In this document: piece after piece, positions 1 through 10,026 of the stretch | Position numbering within the stretch: position 1 is the first letter of the stretch | Layout: the number at the start of each line of letters is the position of its first letter | From: Hormoscilla sp. | GTDB lineage: Bacteria; Cyanobacteriota; Cyanobacteriia; Cyanobacteriales; Desertifilaceae | NCBI GenBank assembly: GCA_051439505.1 | Contig: JBFRWI010000064.1 | Coordinates: forward strand, 1 to 25,102 | Length of the DNA stretch: 25,102 bases | Direction of reading: 5' to 3' | Translations under genes and position numbers: made by a program | The notes under the pieces: generated by a model | The model's input: only the letters and a program-made list of their open reading frames with translations | Databases searched by the model: none | Told to the model about the DNA's origin: nothing

Positions 1-1737
1 TTCGGTTCTCGTACTCAGGGCAAAAATAAGACTAAAGTTTCTTACAGTCCCCCACGGTTGGCATATCCGGAGAGATTTGCTGTTATTAGATGTGCGGACA
101 GAGATGCCTATCAAAATATAGATCGCAGGATTGACAGCCTGGGAATTAAACAACGCCAAGTAATACGACTGTCAGAAGATAAAAATTTAACTGATGATGG
201 TGATGCTTCTAGCCAGAACCTGGAAACTTCAGCACAAAACCTGTCTGTACCTTACGACGATATCAGAAGACTTCTGACCAAGGTTACTAAAAATTCTGGT
301 GAGAAAAATTTTCGGGAATCTAGTGAGGAAAAAATTAGGGAAATGTTAAATTACTTGCAAACTTACCCGATCGATATCTGGAAAGACTGTCTCGATCGAC
401 AAACCCTAAATCTAAGTCAGTCTCAAGCAAAACCAGCCCCTAGTAGCGTCAATTATAGAGCATTGGCAGCCATGCTGGTTCCCAGTCAAGTTCCAGAATG
501 GCTGCATTGGTTGAAAAATTTACCGAACCAAAAGATCGCCAAAGATTCACTGGCGTTTCAAGAACAATTTTTGGAAGCCAGTAGGTCGTCGGGTCGTGGC
601 TACAAAAAACTTAAGTCTCTTGTGCAGGCTGGTATTTCAGAACTGTTGTGCGAGTTAATAGATAATATTTCTCAGCAAAATTATCAGGACATAGAGTGGT
701 TGCTGGTTATACAAGAAAATCACAATATCTGGCACAGCAGGTTCAATAGTTATGCTGACAAGCTTTTAGACAAACTGGCTATACTCATGTCTCCAGAAAA
801 AACTAGCGAGGAGGATGAGTTCTATAGAAAACTGTCTGTAACTTTTAAAGAAATGGAAGCAACTCAATGGAGATTCAAAAAAGGTAACTACGATAAAATA
901 GCTGAATTAGTTCAAAAATATGAGAAGTACGAATTATCAGCTATATTCTTTCAAATCAGTAGAGGCTACGTACCACGAAAAGTTTACGATCGGTTCCAGC
1001 GGGGGGGAATTGGAGATATTCCATTTGTTCCAGAAAGGTCATTATGGGTATGGGACAAGATTCAGCAGAGAGTATTGCCCAAATTACTAATAATTTTTGG
1101 AATGTTCGGAACTATTGCTATAGGGGCTATTTCAGTATATCTTATTTATGAATATGAAGAGAAAATACCCGAATTTGAGTCCCTGTCACTATTGGGAAAG
1201 GCAAAAATCACCCTATCTGACGATCTGAAGCGTTACGAGAATGCTTCAGAAGAAGAGCGATCGCAAATAAAAGAAGAAATTATGAAATACTTGAAAGTGG
1301 CAGATCGTCGAAATGAGATTTATATTCAAATCAAAGACTCATTGATGCCAGATACTCTACCTTACGCTGAGCTGTTAGATATAAAGTCTAACAAAAAAAA
1401 AGTAGAAGTAGTGATTTTACAGCAAATTTTGACAAGGGCTGGGGTATATAATGGTCCTATTACAGGCTATTTTGGGGATCGAACTAAGGAAGCTATCCAA
1501 GAGTATCAGAGGAGCGAGGGCATCATAGCAGATGGTGAAGTGACATATGAGACATGGTTTTCTATGTCGAGAATATTAAGAGATGCTCAAGTTGAACTCG
1601 TCTACAATTTCTTAGTAAAGAGCTTTGAAAAAGATCAAGGCGAGGAAGCAAGAGAATCTCTTGCTCGATGTAAGAACAACGGAGAAAAAGCTCTGTATTT
1701 TGGTAATTGCGTTCAAAAGTTAATTGACGAACTTTAG
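1..1737 (+). CDS. Membrane-anchored protein with C-terminal peptidoglycan-binding domain; 5' end lies outside the window
   Basis: Frame 1 is open from base 1 (the ORF track starts it at TTG 58). Single hydrophobic segment LLIIFGMFGTIAIGAISVYLIY, then a PG_binding_1-like motif VVILQQILTRAGVYNGPITGYFGDRTKEAIQEYQRSEGIIADGEVTYETW. Confidence 0.8.
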   Translation, partial: FGSRTQGKNKTKVSYSPPRLAYPERFAVIRCADRDAYQNIDRRIDSLGIKQRQVIRLSEDKNLTDDGDASSQNLETSAQNLSVPYDDIRRLLTKVTKNSGEKNFRESSEEKIREMLNYLQTYPIDIWKDCLDRQTLNLSQSQAKPAPSSVNYRALAAMLVPSQVPEWLHWLKNLPNQKIAKDSLAFQEQFLEASRSSGRGYKKLKSLVQAGISELLCELIDNISQQNYQDIEWLLVIQENHNIWHSRFNSYADKLLDKLAILMSPEKTSEEDEFYRKLSVTFKEMEATQWRFKKGNYDKIAELVQKYEKYELSAIFFQISRGYVPRKVYDRFQRGGIGDIPFVPERSLWVWDKIQQRVLPKLLIIFGMFGTIAIGAISVYLIYEYEEKIPEFESLSLLGKAKITLSDDLKRYENASEEERSQIKEEIMKYLKVADRRNEIYIQIKDSLMPDTLPYAELLDIKSNKKKVEVVILQQILTRAGVYNGPITGYFGDRTKEAIQEYQRSEGIIADGEVTYETWFSMSRILRDAQVELVYNFLVKSFEKDQGEEARESLARCKNNGEKALYFGNCVQKLIDEL

Positions 1738-1742
1738 CAAAA

Positions 1743-1955
1743 ATGAGATGGATAATTTACATAATATCAGGCGCTGTTTTTGCCTCCCTAGGCTGGAATG
1801 TGAGCCAATTCTTGTTGATCGAATGCAAGATAATCTGGAAAATATTCTTTTCTAACCTTCACCGTGATTTCATATCTCTCCCAGTGGTGGCAGCTTTCAT
1901 CACTGTGGGAATGATAGGTAGGTACAGAAATATTCTTGAGTAACCCTTCTCGTCT
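1743..1955 (+). pseudogene. Frameshifted and truncated N-terminus of a membrane protein
   Basis: ATG 5 nt after the upstream stop; hydrophobic segments. Tandem AGGT-AGGT at 1916-1923 precedes the TAA at 1941-1943; removing one AGGT gives ...GMIGTEIFLSNPSR, which resembles a motif I recall from cyanobacterial membrane proteins (not searched). Confidence 0.55.
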
Positions 1956-2074
1956 GCCAGCAACTCCACAACCCCTCAGCCAAATACCACCCCAGTTGAG
2001 GAAAAGACCGAAGAACCGACAGCATCTATTGAGACCTCGACCAACGAAGCAGATTTTTAGCCAGGTGACCGACA

Positions 2075-3713
2075 ATGGAACTTCCTTACAATAAATGCCA
2101 GCGGTAACTTCAAGCACTCCTGCAAGCCCAATACCCCCTGATCTTCCTCCGATCGCCCGAAGAGAGTCGGGCGGTCAATTGCGCGATCGGGGCCCACGAA
2201 GCCCTGCTAGCCAATAGGGAGATCCCCGAGGGGGAACTAGCGAGATGGAACAGTTTGGACGGCTTCCAGAGGCGATCGGTACTAGCAGAGGATCGGAGTA
2301 AAGCCAGTTGGAAAAGACTGGGATCTCCTCCGAACCCACAAGAAGATCCGATAATGCAAGCCCTGAACCTATTACAAGAAAGGCTAGAGAAACAAGCAAC
2401 GGCTCACCCCAGCAGTCAGCACAGTTATCTGTTACCAGACTGGTCAACCCTCATAGAACCGACTTGTCATCTAACCGCCCGCAAACTCAAAGAATTAGTC
2501 CTGGCGATCGAACAAAAAAGACCCCAACCGAGAATGACGCTCATCGTGATAGGTTCAGATTGGTCAATACCGGCGATTCTGCGGAACCACGTGCATATAT
2601 TAGACCTGCCCCTGCCCATAGGAGAAGAACTATATCAAGATGTCTTCAGCGTAGCCGTGAGGAAATACGAACTGGGGGACAAAGAAGCCAGAGGCTTGTC
2701 AGAAGAAGCCCAGGGAATGCCATTGCAAGCAGCTAAACAAACGGCGAGATTAATCACCGCCAAAAGCCTCTGGGACCAACCAGAAGAAGCGGGACAGTTG
2801 CTACTGAAAGTCAAAACAAAAGAAATCAGAAAAACAGGAGTATTAGAATATTACCCCCCCCCAAGGAGAAGGACTAGAGGATGTGGGGGGTTTAGAAGAA
2901 ATAAAACGCTGGATCTCAAATCGTCGGACATGGTTTGAACAAGACGATCGGCCATTCCTGCGCCCGCGAGCCATCCTGCTAGAAGGATTTCCCGGCTGTG
3001 GGAAATCCTTTATCGCCAGGGCGATCGCGCAAGAATGGCGGGTGCCGCAAATCAACTTTGAGATATCGAGGTTGCAATCAAAATGGGTAGGAGAATCAGA
3101 AAGTAACACCTATCAAGCATTAAGAGCGATCGAAGCATCAGCGCCGAACATATTGTTCATGGACGAGATCGAGAAAGCCTTTTCGGGAGTAGGGGGAGAC
3201 AGCAGCGGGGTAACAACGAGGCAATTTGGCACATTTCTCTCCTGGCTAAACGACCACAACTATCCGATATTTTTCATCGCCACATCGAACGACAGAGACA
3301 AACTGCCGCCAGAGTTATTTCGGGCGGGACGTTTCGATGAAATATTTATAGTGATGCCACCCAACGGCCAGGAAAGGAAAGAAATCATCCAGAAAAAAGC
3401 GCAAACATACCAACTGCCGTCCCTAGAGTCGGCAACCCAGGAATATCTGGTAGCAAATACAGGGGGATTTACCGGGGCCGAACTAGACAAGCTAGTCAGA
3501 GAAACGGTATATCTAGCCGGATATAATAAGTTACCGACCCAGAGAGAATGGCAGCAAGGGTTAGAGGAAATAAATCCGCAGTACCGAACCCCGAGAATGC
3601 AACAGCTATTACAGAATTATCTGAGACTATTAGAGGAAGGAGGAGGGAAACCAGCATCAACCAGAGAAGCAGATTTCTTAGAAAGCTTAATTCTGCCGCC
3701 CAAACATATCTAA
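2075..3713 (+). pseudogene. Ycf46-like AAA+ ATPase, disrupted by an in-frame stop and a frameshift
   Basis: ATG 2075 reads MELPYNKCQR*LQALLQAQYPLIFLRSPEESRA..., in frame with ORF 2255-2938 (TAA at 2105-2107). C9 run at 2854-2862; C8 would give LEYYPPQGEGLEDVGGLEEIKRW and join ORF 2883-3713, which has Walker A GFPGCGKS, Walker B ILFMDEIEK and LPPELFRAGRFDEIF. Confidence 0.85.
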
Positions 3714-3749
3714 GCAACACGAAACCCAACACCGATACGGGTGCGGTCA

Positions 3750-3959
3750 CAATACTTCTCGATTAACATCTTATTTGTCATTGCGAGGGGGGCGCACCAT
3801 CCAACATTGTTCCGATCCCCGCGCAAGATCCCCCCCGAAGCAATCTCCCCGACGACCCATGAGATTGCTTCGGGGGGGTTAAGGAAATTTCCCATAAGTC
3901 GATCGCGGCTGTCCCCCCCCCTCGCAATGACAATCTATATCCTTAACCTTGAAGTATTG
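3750..3959. repeat. Nested palindromic intergenic element (GTCATTGCGAG...GAAGCAATC...GATTGCTTC...CTCGCAATGAC type)
   Basis: Three nested inverted repeat pairs: CAATACTTC 3750-3758 / GAAGTATTG 3951-3959; 18 bp 3775-3792 / 3916-3933; 18 bp 3830-3847 / 3861-3878. Confidence 0.85.
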
Positions 3960-3970
3960 CATGTATATAT

Positions 3971-4022
3971 ATAGCCCGCGCAGGCGGGCTTTGTTCATGT
4001 AGCCGGGCCCTTTAGGGTTCGG
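3971..4022. repeat. 52-bp dispersed REP-like repeat, copy 1
   Basis: ATAGCCCGCGCAGGCGGGCTTTGTTCATGTAGCCGGGCCCTTTAGGGTTCGG is identical at 19164-19215; internal hairpin AGCCCGC-GCAG-GCGGGCT. Confidence 0.9.
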
Positions 4023-4068
4023 TCTGTGTCCCCCGGGAGCGCTAGTCGCACTACCCGGGGGACACAGA
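4023..4068. repeat. Perfect 15-bp inverted repeat (hairpin)
   Basis: TCTGTGTCCCCCGGG 4023-4037 / CCCGGGGGACACAGA 4054-4068, 16-nt loop. Confidence 0.8.
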
Positions 4069-4350
4069 AGGCGAGGTACCCTGAGAAACCTAAAGGGGGC
4101 AATGAGCGAGATACTACGACCTGTAAGCCGCTCACAGCAAGGATTTGCTGCTTTTGGGCGATCGTAGGATTGTCTGAGAACTTCGCACTCTCCAGTTACT
4201 TCAAACATTATTTATTATTTGTTCGAGTTATGATCAGAATTCCTACTCGCTCGATCGCCTATGATATGTCTTAAGCTAGCACATAGGGGGCAGCTATTGT
4301 CGCCCGTCCTACACAAATCATATCTCTCGGTGGAGAATATCTGTAAGTTT

Positions 4351-5694
4351 ATGCTTAATATCAAACCTGTGACTGCGATCCTATCGGCAAGTATTATAGC
4401 ATTGATGGCTGGATGTTCTGAGGATCTACCTCCAGCAACAGCGCCCGATCGCCCGCCAGTCAGGAACGAAGAGGGGACCGTGACAGAACCCACAGAACCG
4501 CAGATCCATTTGAGTCTGGTGCCTCCAGATAATCCCGATCCTGCCACGAATAACCAAATTCAACAATACCTGAACGGGTTGGCGGCCAAAGGACATCTCT
4601 CCCGACTCCAAGGAGTCTGGATCCAATCTGGCAATACTCTGCTGGCAAATCACCAAGGCACCGTGCCTCTGCCTGCTGCTTCGGTGACTAAGGTGGCCAC
4701 AACTCTGGCGGCCCTGGACAGTTTTGGCCCCGACCATCGGTTTGTGACTTTAATTAGCGCTAGGGGACCAATTTATGAAGGGGTACTGCAAGGTGATTTG
4801 GTGGTCAGGGGGGGAGAAGACCCGTTTTTTGTCTGGGAAGATGCGATCGCCCTAGGCAACCTTTTAAATCAGCTGGGCATCAGGCGCGTCGCGGGTAATC
4901 TGATAATAGTGGGCAAATTTTATATGAACTTTGAGGTTAACAAACTCACCGCTGGGAAACTGTTACAGCAAGGGTTGAATTATCAGAATTGGTCGGCAGA
5001 AGTAGAAACCCAATATCAAACTTTGCCTCCAGACACCCCTCGACCTCAGGTAATTATTAACGGTTTCGTGCAGCTTGCCCAGGAAAATCCTGCCAATGCC
5101 CAAACTCTGGTGCGCCATTATTCTTTTCCCCTGGCAGAACTGCTCAAGAAGATGAATCGCTATAGCAATAACCTGATGGCTGATATGCTAGCTAGTACTG
5201 TCGGTGGTGCTCAAATAGTGGCCCTGAAGGCTGCCGATCGCGCCGGAGTCCCTAGGGGCGAAATTAAATTGGTTAATGGTTCCGGTTTGGGTGTCGCTAA
5301 CCAGATCTCTCCCCGGGCCGCTGTGGCCATGTTTCTGGCGATCGGGCGCTATCTTCAGCCCTATAACATGACTGTAGCAGATCTGTTCGCGATCGTCGGA
5401 CAAGATGAAGGCATATTAGATACTCGCCCCAGGATCCCGCAATTAGCAGTAGTCAAATCAGGCACTTTGAATAATGTCAGTACCTTAGCAGGTGCCTTGC
5501 CAACGCAAAAGCAAGAAACAGTCTGGTTTGCCATTATGAATTTCGGCAATGATTTAGTCGGATTTCGCGCCGAACAAGAAGCTTTATTACAGACTTTTGT
5601 CAAGCATTGGGGAGCCGTTTCATCTCCGCCCTCAGAGTTGAAACCATTACCCGAAAGGAAGAGCAACACTTCTCGCAGTGAAATTGCTAACTAG
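4351..5694 (+). CDS. dacB: D-alanyl-D-alanine carboxypeptidase/endopeptidase (peptidase S13, PBP4-like), probable lipoprotein
   Basis: SxxK (AASVTK), SxN (RYSNN), KSG (VKSGTL) and NGSGL motifs; lipobox LMAGC. ATG 4351 is preferred over 4261 because it gives a normal signal peptide length. Confidence 0.9.
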   Translation: MLNIKPVTAILSASIIALMAGCSEDLPPATAPDRPPVRNEEGTVTEPTEPQIHLSLVPPDNPDPATNNQIQQYLNGLAAKGHLSRLQGVWIQSGNTLLANHQGTVPLPAASVTKVATTLAALDSFGPDHRFVTLISARGPIYEGVLQGDLVVRGGEDPFFVWEDAIALGNLLNQLGIRRVAGNLIIVGKFYMNFEVNKLTAGKLLQQGLNYQNWSAEVETQYQTLPPDTPRPQVIINGFVQLAQENPANAQTLVRHYSFPLAELLKKMNRYSNNLMADMLASTVGGAQIVALKAADRAGVPRGEIKLVNGSGLGVANQISPRAAVAMFLAIGRYLQPYNMTVADLFAIVGQDEGILDTRPRIPQLAVVKSGTLNNVSTLAGALPTQKQETVWFAIMNFGNDLVGFRAEQEALLQTFVKHWGAVSSPPSELKPLPERKSNTSRSEIAN

Positions 5695-5863
5695 CTAATT
5701 GTGAATTCTCAATTGTCAATTGCTCTCGATTAGTGCGAAAGATGGGGACGTAACCGGCAAAGAGGTTGGGTCTGGAGCAATATTTCTCGGTTAGGGAGGA
5801 GTTCTCCGTTCGGAGTTCTCCGTTGGGGATCTCTTTAACGCAATCATTCCGACCAAGGCGGGG

Positions 5864-5977
5864 AGACGATCCGACTGCGCCTGTCAGATGATCCGACTGC
5901 GCCTGTCAGACGATCCGACTGCGCCTGTCAGATGATCCGACTGCGCCTGTCAGATGATCCGACTGCGCCTGTCAGAT
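5864..5977. repeat. Tandem array, 5 x 22 nt (ATCCGACTGCGCCTGTCAGAYG)
   Basis: Units start at 5869, 5891, 5913, 5935 and 5957 with no spacers; each has an imperfect stem ATCCGAC/GTCAGAT. Confidence 0.95.
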
Positions 5978-6069
5978 TGCTTCGGGGGGTCTCCTCAATT
6001 TCCTATAAATTAATCGCGGAGTACCCCCCCTCGCAATGACAAACTATATCCAAAACTTTGAAGTATTGC
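5974..6069. repeat. Right half of the 3750-3959 palindromic element
   Basis: AGATTGCTTCGGGGGG...ATCGCGG...CCCCCCCTCGCAATGACAA.CTATATCC...TTGAAGTATTGC is collinear with 3862-3960. Confidence 0.85.
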
Positions 6070-6121
6070 TTCTCCCCCAACAAGAGGATACGCCCACTGG
6101 CAAGAATTGCTCATCAACAAC

Positions 6122-6170
6122 CATTAGCCATTAGCTATTAGCTATTAGCTATTAGCCATTAGCCATTAGC
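6122..6170. repeat. Heptamer STRR tract, 7 x YATTAGC
   Basis: Seen directly; abuts the stop codon of the ABC transporter. Confidence 0.95.
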
Positions 6171-8585
6171 CTAAAAAATATCCTTGCGTTTTTGCAGCCA
6201 GAGAGTGACTAGGAGATAGACGATCGCGTGCAGAATCAGCATGCCCCAATTAAAACCCAAGTTTTCCCAGGTAGGGTCGTAGACAGGAGTGGACTCAAAT
6301 ATTTGTGGCAGGGTGCTGCCATCTGGTAATGTAGTTGGTTCGGGAATCATGTTATTCACATCCACTAAGGAACCATAGGCTCCTACAGACCAGCGACTCA
6401 ACATTAACCAAGATACTTTGTCGATCGCATCTCCTAGATCGAATAATACCCCAGAAAAGATAATCTGGGGCACCAACAGCAGGGGCAGGTATTTATTCGC
6501 TTGAGAGCTATTTTCTGATATCGCTGAGACCAGTAAACCCAGACTCGTGCTGGCCATGAGGGTGAGAAAAGTGGTAATAGCTAACCCGAGAGGCCAGGCC
6601 AGTAAATCGGATTCCGGATGGGATAATCCTGCTAAAATTACTCCCGTCATTAACAGAGTCTGCAAGATCACAAAAGCTTTCAGTACTACCACCTTACTGC
6701 CCAGATAGGCCAATAATTTTAAGTTTACCAACCGTTCTCGGAAGTAAATTTTCGCTTCCTTGACAATCTCTTGCACCGAACTGGAAAGTCCTACCCAAAT
6801 AGCAGTACAGGAAACCACAAATAACACCCGCAATGCTAAAAATGCTAGCTCGGGGTCATCTTCACTCCCCAGAATCAAGGGTTCTCGATCGAACACTACT
6901 AAGGCCAGCATCACTGGGCAAATCACCGCTGTCAGAAAACTCAATCCTAGACTTTTCAGATCCCGCAGGGTTAATTGCCAGTAGCGCTTGGTCAGCAGCA
7001 TCAACTGGGATAATAAGGGGATGCCTCTCGGATTCGATGCTTGGCGATCGTCCGACTGTTGCTGTTGATGGCCCTGACTGAGGTGAGAGGATACGTATTT
7101 CTGATAATAGTCAGAATCTTTAAACTCATCCGCCCAATACTGTACCTTTTGTTCCCCTCGCTTTATATCTTCTCCTACCTCTAACATGTCATAGATGTCA
7201 GTGAAGCCTTTCACTCTGGACTCTCGTTCTTGGAAAAACTTTAGGGCCTGCTGGGGCGGGCCAAAGTAGCAGAGTCTCCCACCCCAGGCCAGAAACGCTA
7301 CCCGATCGCACAGAGTAATATTAGCGGTAGCATGGGTAACCAGAATCACGGTCCGTCCCTGACGGGCTAATTTTTTCAGCAGATTCATCATCTTTCTGTC
7401 TAAACCCGGGTCCAGTCCCGAAGTGGGTTCGTCCAGGAAGAATAGCTTGGGGTCCGACAGCAATTCTACCCCAATGCTGACGCGCTTGCGCTGTCCGCCA
7501 CTGAGTTTACTGACTAACACGTCCTTACGCCCGGACATTTCAATCTCATTGAGAGTTCTTTCCACTACCTGTTCCACTTCAATATCTGGAGGGAGTCGCA
7601 ACTGGGCCGCGTAAGTCAGCACCTCATATACCGTCAGTTGCGGGTGGATAATGTCGTCCTGGGGTACGTAACCAATTTGAGAACGGTAGATGTTGAACTT
7701 GCGCCGCAGATCGTCTCCGTTCAATAATACTTCTCCAGATGTAATCGGCTCAATGCCCAGCAATGTGCGCATTAAGGTTGATTTCCCCGCGCCGCTACCT
7801 CCTACTAAAGCGACTAATTGTCCCGGTTCGATCGCCACCGAAATCTCGTTCAGCAGGGTTTTGCTATTCCCCTTTTTATCTTTTACCTTTCGCACTAGAT
7901 CGTAGGCATCCAAGCGGATTTGATTGCCCTGGTCGATCACCTCTAGTTGGTCTCCCAGGCGAATCAGGGTAAAGGGTCCGATCTGAATTGTGGCCTTGTC
8001 CGGCAGCGGTACCGTGCCTCTCACTCGCTGTCCGTTGACAAATACCCCATTGCTGCTGTTCTTGTCCTGTAACCGGTAGCCACCCTTGCCATCGGGTTCA
8101 ATTCTGGCATGCTGACGGGATACCGTGGGAGCTTCCAGCGGCAGGGTGGCATTATGACCGCGTCCTAGCAACACTCCATTGGTCAGGGAAATGGAACGCC
8201 GATCCGGTTGCCTAGTCACAGCTAAGGCCGGATTTATATATTTCAACTGGATGCGATCTCCGGCCTTCACTCCGATCGTCAACTCACTGCCATGCTGAAG
8301 TCTGTGACCTTCTAATGGCGTAATCCTCGACCGGTCCGCAAATAACCCATTGGTGCTGGGATGATTGCCGTCTCCATCATAAATATGGTAGTCGTTTCCC
8401 ACCCTGGTTAACAGGGCATGACAACCGGACATTACTTGCCAGCGGTCGGGCACGACTAGATCCGCACCACGATTTCTATCCCGTCCGAGTCTGTGCTCTG
8501 CTTTGGTTAATGGCAGGCGTATGACCTCCCCTTGATTGTTCAGTTCTAGGTAGGGATCGTTTCCTACCACTGTCGGATCTTGCAT
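6171..8585 (-). CDS. FHA-FHA-ABC transporter (ATPase plus ABC-2 membrane domain; Rv1747-like architecture)
   Basis: Two forkhead-associated domains (LGR...SGCHA...STNG; LGR...VSRQHA...SSNG), Walker A GGSGAGKS, signature LSGGQ, Walker B FFLDEPTSGLD, multi-pass C-terminal membrane domain. Confidence 0.93.
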   Translation of the reverse strand: MQDPTVVGNDPYLELNNQGEVIRLPLTKAEHRLGRDRNRGADLVVPDRWQVMSGCHALLTRVGNDYHIYDGDGNHPSTNGLFADRSRITPLEGHRLQHGSELTIGVKAGDRIQLKYINPALAVTRQPDRRSISLTNGVLLGRGHNATLPLEAPTVSRQHARIEPDGKGGYRLQDKNSSNGVFVNGQRVRGTVPLPDKATIQIGPFTLIRLGDQLEVIDQGNQIRLDAYDLVRKVKDKKGNSKTLLNEISVAIEPGQLVALVGGSGAGKSTLMRTLLGIEPITSGEVLLNGDDLRRKFNIYRSQIGYVPQDDIIHPQLTVYEVLTYAAQLRLPPDIEVEQVVERTLNEIEMSGRKDVLVSKLSGGQRKRVSIGVELLSDPKLFFLDEPTSGLDPGLDRKMMNLLKKLARQGRTVILVTHATANITLCDRVAFLAWGGRLCYFGPPQQALKFFQERESRVKGFTDIYDMLEVGEDIKRGEQKVQYWADEFKDSDYYQKYVSSHLSQGHQQQQSDDRQASNPRGIPLLSQLMLLTKRYWQLTLRDLKSLGLSFLTAVICPVMLALVVFDREPLILGSEDDPELAFLALRVLFVVSCTAIWVGLSSSVQEIVKEAKIYFRERLVNLKLLAYLGSKVVVLKAFVILQTLLMTGVILAGLSHPESDLLAWPLGLAITTFLTLMASTSLGLLVSAISENSSQANKYLPLLLVPQIIFSGVLFDLGDAIDKVSWLMLSRWSVGAYGSLVDVNNMIPEPTTLPDGSTLPQIFESTPVYDPTWENLGFNWGMLILHAIVYLLVTLWLQKRKDIF

Positions 8586-8764
8586 TTTCAGGCTATCCTC
8601 TTTTCTAGCTACTATGTTGGGATGAACCGGTTGCTATGATTTCCGGTCTGGTGGGAATGGGATAGGGACAATCTGTTACTGCCACTAGCCTCACCCCATC
8701 AATATTATGTACGATTTCCTCCCCCTCTCTACCAATTGGCCGTCCCAATTGGCTGCGATCGCCA

Positions 8765-9706
8765 TTAAGAGGAAACACAGTTTCCTACTGGACGACGAGA
8801 GTTGTAGTTTTCCACCCCAATATGAGTCTTTTTATTTGGTTGGAGGCGATGCTGGCGTTCTGCTTGAGCTGCGATATTTTCAGCACGGCGTTCCGAAGGG
8901 GGATGAGAACGGAAGAAGGCATCGATTACATCCGATACGGGATTCGAGTTTCCATCCGAACCTTCCATACTCATCATCCGCTGCCACAATTTTACACCTT
9001 CTCGAGTTTCATAACAAGCAGAAAAAGCCAGATCGGTGCCGATCGTATCTGCTTCTATTTCCTGAGCTTCGCTGTAAACCCTGTCCAGAAGTTTGGCCGT
9101 CAGATGAGCGATTACTTTCGCTTCATCGGCTACTGGCAGTTGGTCGATGACACTCACTGTTTTCACATAATCGATCGTATGTTCCGCATCTATGTGACCG
9201 ATTTCATGACCGAGGACAACAGCTAATTGCGCTTCATTGACAAAGAAATCCATAATTCCTCGATAGAAGAAAATATGACCTCCAGGAATAGCAAAAGCAT
9301 TAATCGTGCTATCTTCGACAATGTGAAACTTATAGGCTATGCCCGGACGTTTCACATTCTGGGCCAACTGACTGCCCACCTGATTGAGATAAGCAACATC
9401 TCGCCGATCTCGATCTAGTTTTTCTGCCATTTCTCCTGCTAATTGCTGATAGAAGATATCTCCTATTTTCATTTCCTGTTCTGGCGTAATCGTCACCTGA
9501 GCGAGAAGAGGTTTCAGGATCAGGCGAATTGCCTGTTTGCTCAGGGGAATTACCTCCGATATTGTCTGAACTATCTCATCCTGTACAGAGTCTTGGGCCA
9601 GCAATGGTGCTGTCTGCCGAGCAACTATCACTCTCGGCGCTAAGGGACTTAATGCCAGCAACAGCGCTAGCAGGAACATAACTGTTAACTTGATTGCAGA
9701 CTTCAT
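8765..9706 (-). CDS. M48-family zinc metallopeptidase, exported
   Basis: INAFAIPGG, QLAVVLGHEIGH (HExxH), QEIEAD and FFRSHP motifs; N-terminal signal peptide. Confidence 0.92.
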   Translation of the reverse strand: MKSAIKLTVMFLLALLLALSPLAPRVIVARQTAPLLAQDSVQDEIVQTISEVIPLSKQAIRLILKPLLAQVTITPEQEMKIGDIFYQQLAGEMAEKLDRDRRDVAYLNQVGSQLAQNVKRPGIAYKFHIVEDSTINAFAIPGGHIFFYRGIMDFFVNEAQLAVVLGHEIGHIDAEHTIDYVKTVSVIDQLPVADEAKVIAHLTAKLLDRVYSEAQEIEADTIGTDLAFSACYETREGVKLWQRMMSMEGSDGNSNPVSDVIDAFFRSHPPSERRAENIAAQAERQHRLQPNKKTHIGVENYNSRRPVGNCVSS

Positions 9707-10026
9707 TTTTTCCCTTCCGATTTAATCGATTAAAAGGCGTTGCACATAATTCTTCCCCATCCTCACCCCTAACCTCTGAGCGCATCCCCATATAACCCCC
9801 TCTATCGTAGCATAAAATGCATCCTGGGTCTCAATCTCCGATGCCATCATCCCGGCGCATCTGGTGAGAAGCAAACATATCTGTAGGAGCGAAACCGCGC
9901 AGCAGCTGCCCTGACATGCATGCATCATCGATGCACCCACTATCCCCTCTTTCCCAGATCCGACAACCCGACAGGAATGCTGCCAAAGATTAAGATATAT
10001 GTCAATCTGTATAGAATGTAAGCTGT

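Noticed and set aside
3710..4274. Short ORFs between the ATPase and dacB
   Set aside because: They read through palindromic repeats and have no recognisable motifs.
5864..5977. CRISPR or guide-RNA array
   Set aside because: Pure tandem 22-mers with one variable base and no spacer content.
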